Source of the DNA: an uncultured Planctomycetia bacterium
GTDB taxonomy: Bacteria > Omnitrophota > Gorgyraeia > Taenaricolales > CAZCCH01
DNA: 64,000 nucleotides
NCBI GenBank assembly: GCA_964497315.1
Contig: CAZCCH010000004.1
Location: 18,307-82,306 of the forward strand
Direction: 5' to 3'
This document shows, one piece after another, positions 59,015-64,000 of the stretch. The notes under the pieces are model-generated. The model did not search any database. It was not told the origin of the DNA and was given only the letters and a program-made list of their open reading frames with translations. The position numbers and the translations under genes were made by a program. Within the stretch, counting starts at the first letter, position 1, and every line of letters begins with the position of its first letter.

Positions 59015-60018
59015 GCGTCCTTATACATAAATTTTCTATATACCCTCTTCAATGACTGTACTCCTTTAGATCTTAAGCTCATAGCTTTGCTTATCTGGTA
59101 ATGCGGGATAAGCCTGACTCCAAACGTACTTTTGTAATCTGCTATGGTCTCTATATCTGCGCCCACGAAGTCTGTAATTGAATAATGCGGGGTTATTTTT
59201 TCCAAAATTTCCTTTACTATAAGCTGGTTGCCTCCAGTATTTAACAGTTGTGGATTGGAAGCAGCCATCCAATAAAAAAGCCTGTCATCATCTATTAAAA
59301 GAATTGCTCCGGAAATAACTCTATTATCTCTTGTTTTTGCTAAAAGCAGCTTGATGGATGATTTAGCAAAAAGATCTTTAAAAAAATCTAAAAATTTATC
59401 TTCGTCAAGATTTATGCATATTTTTTTCTTGCTAAACATTTGCTTCCATAAAATATAAAACTCTTTTATATCTTTGCTGTCTTCAATAAATACCCCATTA
59501 TCATGGGCATAAGCAGCTCGTCTTTCGATGTCTCTGCTGAGAGGTATTTCGTCGTTTTTGTTTCTGTAGTAAGTATATCGGACCGCGGTAGACCACCTCC
59601 TCCATATAAATGGCCTTATGTCCAAAAATCCTGGAGAATTAATAATAGTTACATAATCAAAGTTGTCTTCCAGGTAATCAATAATGCCATTCGATATGTC
59701 TTTGACATCGTTTTCAGACTTATAGTTATACTTTAGTGCTTTCAGCTCCACAATCAGGCCATTATATGGCGTAAGAAAAGGAACTTCTGCTATTCTGCCT
59801 TCCAGAGATTGCCTTACTCTTAAGCAACATCCCCCTACAATTCTCTCTCCTGAATAACAACACACAATCTTGAGATTTTGATTTGTCGCATGAGCAAATG
59901 AATCATTCCATAAAGATGAGTAAAATATTGGGCTTTTCGAATGTTGTTTAATAAAGTCTTCCCATCTGTCTAAGTCTTTACTTTGCAATTCTTTTACTAT
60001 ATATTTATTAGAATTCAT
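59011..60018 (-). CDS. FemAB-like / GNAT-fold protein
   Basis: WEDFI...SPIFY, TPYNG, DIRPFIW..W....RYTY, FYWMAAS, DFVGAD..TIADYKSTFG. Confidence 0.72.
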   Translation of the reverse strand: MNSNKYIVKELQSKDLDRWEDFIKQHSKSPIFYSSLWNDSFAHATNQNLKIVCCYSGERIVGGCCLRVRQSLEGRIAEVPFLTPYNGLIVELKALKYNYKSENDVKDISNGIIDYLEDNFDYVTIINSPGFLDIRPFIWRRWSTAVRYTYYRNKNDEIPLSRDIERRAAYAHDNGVFIEDSKDIKEFYILWKQMFSKKKICINLDEDKFLDFFKDLFAKSSIKLLLAKTRDNRVISGAILLIDDDRLFYWMAASNPQLLNTGGNQLIVKEILEKITPHYSITDFVGADIETIADYKSTFGVRLIPHYQISKAMSLRSKGVQSLKRVYRKFMYKDA

Positions 60019-60938
60019 AGGACCTTATAGCTCTCAAAAAGCAAGTTATGATCTTGGCATCCAACCAACAATCTATTCTTCTTCATCGATATTATGTCGC
60101 CTATCTCTGATTCCTTTTTACCCAAATCACGTTTTATTATCCTGGGTTCTCCGACCAGTATTTTTCTGTTATTCGAGATAATATAGGTTTTAACAAACGG
60201 TGTTGATGCCCTGAAACATCTGCAAATATCTGCAGCGGATTTATTCAAGTCAAGAAATTGGTCTTCGACATTTTTATAATATGACTCCCTGTCCTTGCCC
60301 TGCGCTATCCGTTTAACACTACCATTGGCAATAGAATTTAAAACTGAGCGTACGTTCCTACCTGCTAATTTGGCACATTTCTCTGCGAGGCTGCCTGCTG
60401 TATCATTAATATCTATACTAACCTTATCTTTCAATATAATGTCACCTGTATCTATGCCAAGATCTATATAATGGAATGTAAAACCTGTTTCTTGCTCATC
60501 GTTAATTATGATCCAATAAAAGGGGTTGGGACCCCTGAATTTCGGTAGTAATGACGGGTGGCAATTTATGCATCCATAACGCGGAAAGTTTATCAGGGTG
60601 CTTGATAATCTTTCTTCCCAGCCTGCAACTAAAATTAAATTCACATGCTTCCTTTCCAGTAAGTGGCGAAATGAAGGACTATTAGTGGACTCAGTAATAA
60701 TTATAGGAACTTTAAAACGGGTCACAGCTGCATACAACTTATTACTTCTAAAATTAAAGCGTAGTTTTAGAAATAAAGAAATTCGGAATAAGGTTTTGCG
60801 AATCACACTAATCTTGAAACGTACAGCATAACTTTTAGGAATGAGAAATGTTATGCCCTTTACATTATGTCCTGAAGTCACGATGGGATCGATTAAATAT
60901 CTGGCCCATTCAACGCCAAAGAATAAAACAATATTCAT
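60015..60938 (-). CDS. N10-formyl-THF-dependent formyltransferase (probably sugar N-formyltransferase)
   Basis: INCHPSLLPKFRGPNP, GFTFH.ID.GIDTGDII; located inside the glycan locus, separate from the genuine fmt. Confidence 0.82.
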   Translation of the reverse strand: MNIVLFFGVEWARYLIDPIVTSGHNVKGITFLIPKSYAVRFKISVIRKTLFRISLFLKLRFNFRSNKLYAAVTRFKVPIIITESTNSPSFRHLLERKHVNLILVAGWEERLSSTLINFPRYGCINCHPSLLPKFRGPNPFYWIIINDEQETGFTFHYIDLGIDTGDIILKDKVSIDINDTAGSLAEKCAKLAGRNVRSVLNSIANGSVKRIAQGKDRESYYKNVEDQFLDLNKSAADICRCFRASTPFVKTYIISNNRKILVGEPRIIKRDLGKKESEIGDIISMKKNRLLVGCQDHNLLFESYKVL

Positions 60939-61669
60939 CTCACCTTCCTAAATAATAGCACCATCTCTGAAAAATCCTGCCTAAATAATGAATTAAAAGA
61001 ACTTGGGATTTTATTTGCGGAAATAAAAAGGTTATATCCACAAAATGGGCATATCGTGCGCATTGGCCTTCTCTCTGATCTATTGAAAACAATCTGTTTC
61101 AGACGCATTGTCAGATCATGCAATTTAAAACGTGGTGGTTCGCAGTACTTGAAATCCAAAAGTTCAAAATTTGGAAAAATTTCCAATATACTATCCTTGG
61201 TAAAACTCCTTGCGTGCCAGTTTAAATGAAATACCTCACCACATCCGGGACACTTTGTGGTGTTTAAGGTTATATCCTCGTTGTTGGGTACATTAATAAG
61301 TATATATTTGCTACTTAGTGCCTGCACCTGACTTATGACCCTGGATAAAAGCTCATCGCTTAAATGTTCTAGGATATCGCTCAGTAAAATTAAATCAAAT
61401 GTGCCCTTCTTGAACGGGAGATTCTCTGCGGCAGCCTGTAATTTCTTTGCTTGTACATGTATCAATGCCTCTATGCTAAAATCGATAGCGACAACATCAA
61501 ATCGTTTTGCTAATGGATTACATATGATACCGTCACCGCACCCAACATCAAGTACGGTTTTCACATCATCCGGTATAGTAAGGTTAATAGCATTTAACCT
61601 GCTTACCTCATGATCACCTATCTCTGCAGCGCTTTTCCCATCGCGAGGCAAGTCATAGTATGTCAGCAT
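60935..61669 (-). CDS. Class I SAM-dependent methyltransferase with two CxxC motifs
   Basis: VLDVGCGDG, AENLPF, FDLILLSDILEHL, CPGCG, CPFCG. Confidence 0.85.
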   Translation of the reverse strand: MLTYYDLPRDGKSAAEIGDHEVSRLNAINLTIPDDVKTVLDVGCGDGIICNPLAKRFDVVAIDFSIEALIHVQAKKLQAAAENLPFKKGTFDLILLSDILEHLSDELLSRVISQVQALSSKYILINVPNNEDITLNTTKCPGCGEVFHLNWHARSFTKDSILEIFPNFELLDFKYCEPPRFKLHDLTMRLKQIVFNRSERRPMRTICPFCGYNLFISANKIPSSFNSLFRQDFSEMVLLFRKVR

Positions 61670-62619
61670 AATGATTTCTCTCGATTATTAATTAGATCAA
61701 ACTGCAATGACTGTTTTAACCTCCAAAAAAACCACATCCTATAAATAGACATCTTCTCTCTCATAGTTTTATCATGCGGAGACCATCTATCTGCAGCACC
61801 CTTAAAGGCTTCCTCTCTTGTGATATCGTAAAGGGATAACAATAGGCAAAAATTAAATTTATTATACATTCTATCCGACAATTTTTTTCCAGGATAATAC
61901 CAACTCCACAAGTTATTAAAATTCCAAATAGATATCTGCCTGGTTAGGGTATTAATGCCTTCATCAAACAAAATTTTTGCTCGGCTGGAATTTGTGTATT
62001 TAAATGCATCGTATAAACCCAATAGAGCGACCAAAAAACCGTCTAATATGCGTACTGAATCATTGGTGCCATGATATTCTTCATAAAATACAAGTCCTTC
62101 TCTTTTAGACTTCACGCCACCATCTCTTACTTCTGTCTCAAATAAATTTAAGATATTCTCAAAATCCTCAATATATCTTTCATCATTTTTAAGTCTATAA
62201 ACCCTACTCAATAAACTTAACGCCATGCCATGACCCATAGCTGATATCCAAGGAGGCGTAAGTAAAATTCCGTCTTCCACCCAAGGATAGTCATGAGCCC
62301 AAAAACAACCCCTCTTATTATCTCTCGAAACATTTTTTATAAGCCAATCTGCTTGCTTATAGGTTTTTCTAAGCCATTTTTCTGACTTATTTTTCAAATA
62401 GCTCTGCAAGCAAAATATTCCCCATATAGCAACAAATAAATAGTTTCGCTGGACTCCAATAGGAGATTTGTATTTTCTTAAAGGAATTTTATCTTCATCG
62501 AAAGTCAGGTGAAAATAATCTGCAACATCCATGCCTGTAAAGTCAACATAATAATTTATGTCTCCTGATGCATCTGACACATGTAAGGGAAAATCTAAAT
62601 TTAGGTAATTTCTGAGCAT
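61663..62619 (-). CDS. D-glucuronyl C5-epimerase family protein (C5-epim_C domain)
   Basis: PWISAMGHGMALSLLSR.Y, GGVKS, FYEEY, ILDGF..ALLGLYD, LF.EGI.TL, WSWY, A.RW; start ATG 62619 (or GTG 62628). Confidence 0.8.
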   Translation of the reverse strand: MLRNYLNLDFPLHVSDASGDINYYVDFTGMDVADYFHLTFDEDKIPLRKYKSPIGVQRNYLFVAIWGIFCLQSYLKNKSEKWLRKTYKQADWLIKNVSRDNKRGCFWAHDYPWVEDGILLTPPWISAMGHGMALSLLSRVYRLKNDERYIEDFENILNLFETEVRDGGVKSKREGLVFYEEYHGTNDSVRILDGFLVALLGLYDAFKYTNSSRAKILFDEGINTLTRQISIWNFNNLWSWYYPGKKLSDRMYNKFNFCLLLSLYDITREEAFKGAADRWSPHDKTMREKMSIYRMWFFWRLKQSLQFDLINNREKSLC

Positions 62620-63731
62620 CTTAAGCACGCCGGGTATACTCCATTTCTTTTTAACTTTTTCCTAAAATCACGGAAATTGCTATTATTCCATATAAATCTA
62701 AAGCTTGACTTATGGATATTTCCAAAAACAACATTAAAGCAACGCATTCTAGGGATTACTTCACCTCTTGCTGTAATCTGCGCCATAACCCAAGGAGACT
62801 GACACCTACTGCCATCATATAGAACTTTTTCCGGATCGCAATAATAAGTACCTAAAAGATCTCTACTAAGTATCTTAGTATAAATCCTAATTCCTGAGGC
62901 CCTCCCCAGTTTCTTAGCATCTTTTAACTGCTGTAAAAGTACGGGGATATCAATTCTGTCCAAATCTTGACCATTAATACCACTCTTAGAAACAGTAATA
63001 TCAGGGTGCTTTAAGTTATGTTTCTGTGCAACCTCCTCAGTTATAAAGTTTAAATGCGAAAAAGTAATTGAAGATAACCCTTTTTCCTTTATAGCTTCTA
63101 CTGTTTCTACTAAATTATGAAAATTTGAGTTTGAAATCGTATATATTATGTGCATTTTAGGACTTCGAATGCCGTATTGTTTTTTAAAGTGCTTTATTCT
63201 TTCAATGCCATCTAGGATTTGTTCATATATCCCTATTTTTCCGCGAATTTTCTCATGCACGGCCTTTGTGCCATCTAGTGAAATAAAAATATCGTCAAGC
63301 TTTAATTTTACAAGTGACTCTGCATGCCTGACCAAAAACACCCCATTTGTCGTCAGGCTGCAATGCAACACATTCTCTTTTACATAACCGACAATTCTGG
63401 CTATATCAGGGTGCAAGAGAGGTTCACGAGAAGTCAAAGAGATTGAAGGTTGGAAAAATTTCACGTTATCAACTATATTCTTAAAGTTATCAAATGAAAG
63501 AATTGCGTTTTCGCTTACGGTTCCGGCGTTTTTTGTAAAGGTAGAACTTGGCAAATTCTTAGCCGCATCGCACATCTCGCATCTTAAATTGCAAGTGGTA
63601 TTAACGGCTATGAATAATACTGATGGGGATAAAGCGCGCCCGTTACCAAGATAGTAAAACACTCTTTTATTTAATTCGTACCTAGCTTTGGAATAAAGCT
63701 TACCGTAATTGATATTAATGAGTTTACGCAT
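62601..63731 (-). CDS. Radical SAM protein with SPASM/twitch-type C-terminal domain
   Basis: CNLRCEMC, REPLLHPD, TTNG, ISLDG...HEKIRG, C-terminal RCQSPW...GEV...C...GNI...IWN...CLRC. Confidence 0.9.
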   Translation of the reverse strand: MRKLININYGKLYSKARYELNKRVFYYLGNGRALSPSVLFIAVNTTCNLRCEMCDAAKNLPSSTFTKNAGTVSENAILSFDNFKNIVDNVKFFQPSISLTSREPLLHPDIARIVGYVKENVLHCSLTTNGVFLVRHAESLVKLKLDDIFISLDGTKAVHEKIRGKIGIYEQILDGIERIKHFKKQYGIRSPKMHIIYTISNSNFHNLVETVEAIKEKGLSSITFSHLNFITEEVAQKHNLKHPDITVSKSGINGQDLDRIDIPVLLQQLKDAKKLGRASGIRIYTKILSRDLLGTYYCDPEKVLYDGSRCQSPWVMAQITARGEVIPRMRCFNVVFGNIHKSSFRFIWNNSNFRDFRKKLKRNGVYPACLRCSEIT

Positions 63732-64000
63732 GATATGAGCTAAATAAGTTTGTGCATCTGTAACCAGCTGGAAATAGTTTGTTTTTCCTAAGGCGCTTTC
63801 TAAATTCTTTATACGGCTTGCCTAACCATATATCTTTGAAATCTTTTTCATTTACATTGCCCATTTTTAAGCCGAAACACTTAAAGCCTGGCGTCACATC
63901 GCCATTGGGTAATAGCCAACAGTATTTCCACGGATAATAACAGCGGTTAAAATGGCTTACCGGCTCTAGGTGCTTTTTATAATAGGTGATGAGGTCATCG
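63724..64000 (-). CDS. C-terminal SPASM/twitch-type domain of a probable second radical SAM protein (truncated by window edge)
   Basis: Not in ORF track; manual translation: ...NRCYYPWKYCWLLPNGDVTPGFKCFGLKMGNVNEKDFKDIWLGKPYKEFRKRLRKNKLFPAGYRCTNLFSSYHA*, collinear with the C-terminus of the downstream gene. Confidence 0.78.
   Translation of the reverse strand, partial: DDLITYYKKHLEPVSHFNRCYYPWKYCWLLPNGDVTPGFKCFGLKMGNVNEKDFKDIWLGKPYKEFRKRLRKNKLFPAGYRCTNLFSSYHA

Noticed and set aside
41134-59272. Short minus-strand ORFs nested out of frame (41134, 41359, 52051, 53538, 59066)
   Set aside because: They lie fully within longer motif-bearing CDSs in another frame, with no evidence of coding function.
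45019-60018. PEP-CTERM/exosortase-associated EPS locus (asnB, FemAB-like, deacetylase)
   Set aside because: No exosortase, EpsI or PEP-CTERM protein is visible here.

Overview
A gene-dense, AT-rich window from a diderm bacterium (MsbA, WaaF-like and GmhB genes present). It holds 54 CDSs, all on the minus strand, with overlaps or gaps of at most ~101 bp; two are truncated by the window edges. In transcription order (right to left), ~10.6-64 kb is a very large cell-surface glycan/LPS biosynthesis and tailoring locus. It encodes many GT2/GT4/GT9/GT-C glycosyltransferases, a WecA-like fusion, MsbA, a WaaL/Wzy-like protein and a WbpB/D/E-like diamino-uronate set. It also encodes two AsnB-type amidotransferases, deacetylases, a formyltransferase, a FemAB/GNAT protein, a D-glucuronyl C5-epimerase, five class I methyltransferases and six radical SAM proteins (four B12-binding type). 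The locus runs straight into housekeeping genes: gmhB, a homocysteine methyltransferase domain, an MGDG-synthase-like GT, UDG, priA, fmt, two galT paralogs, gap, pgk and tpiA. The most unusual part is a six-gene block at 10.7-19.2 kb, partly GC-richer by eye: membrane sulfatase-like protein, YIDPG-anchored NPP-family protein, sat, TagF-like transferase, a lid-less pyruvate-kinase/nucleotidyltransferase fusion, and a methyltransferase. It may be an undescribed glycan phospho/sulfo-decoration system. A galT paralog lacking its catalytic His is also notable. No RNA genes, CRISPR arrays or mobile elements were seen. All calls come from motif recognition by eye; no database search was run.
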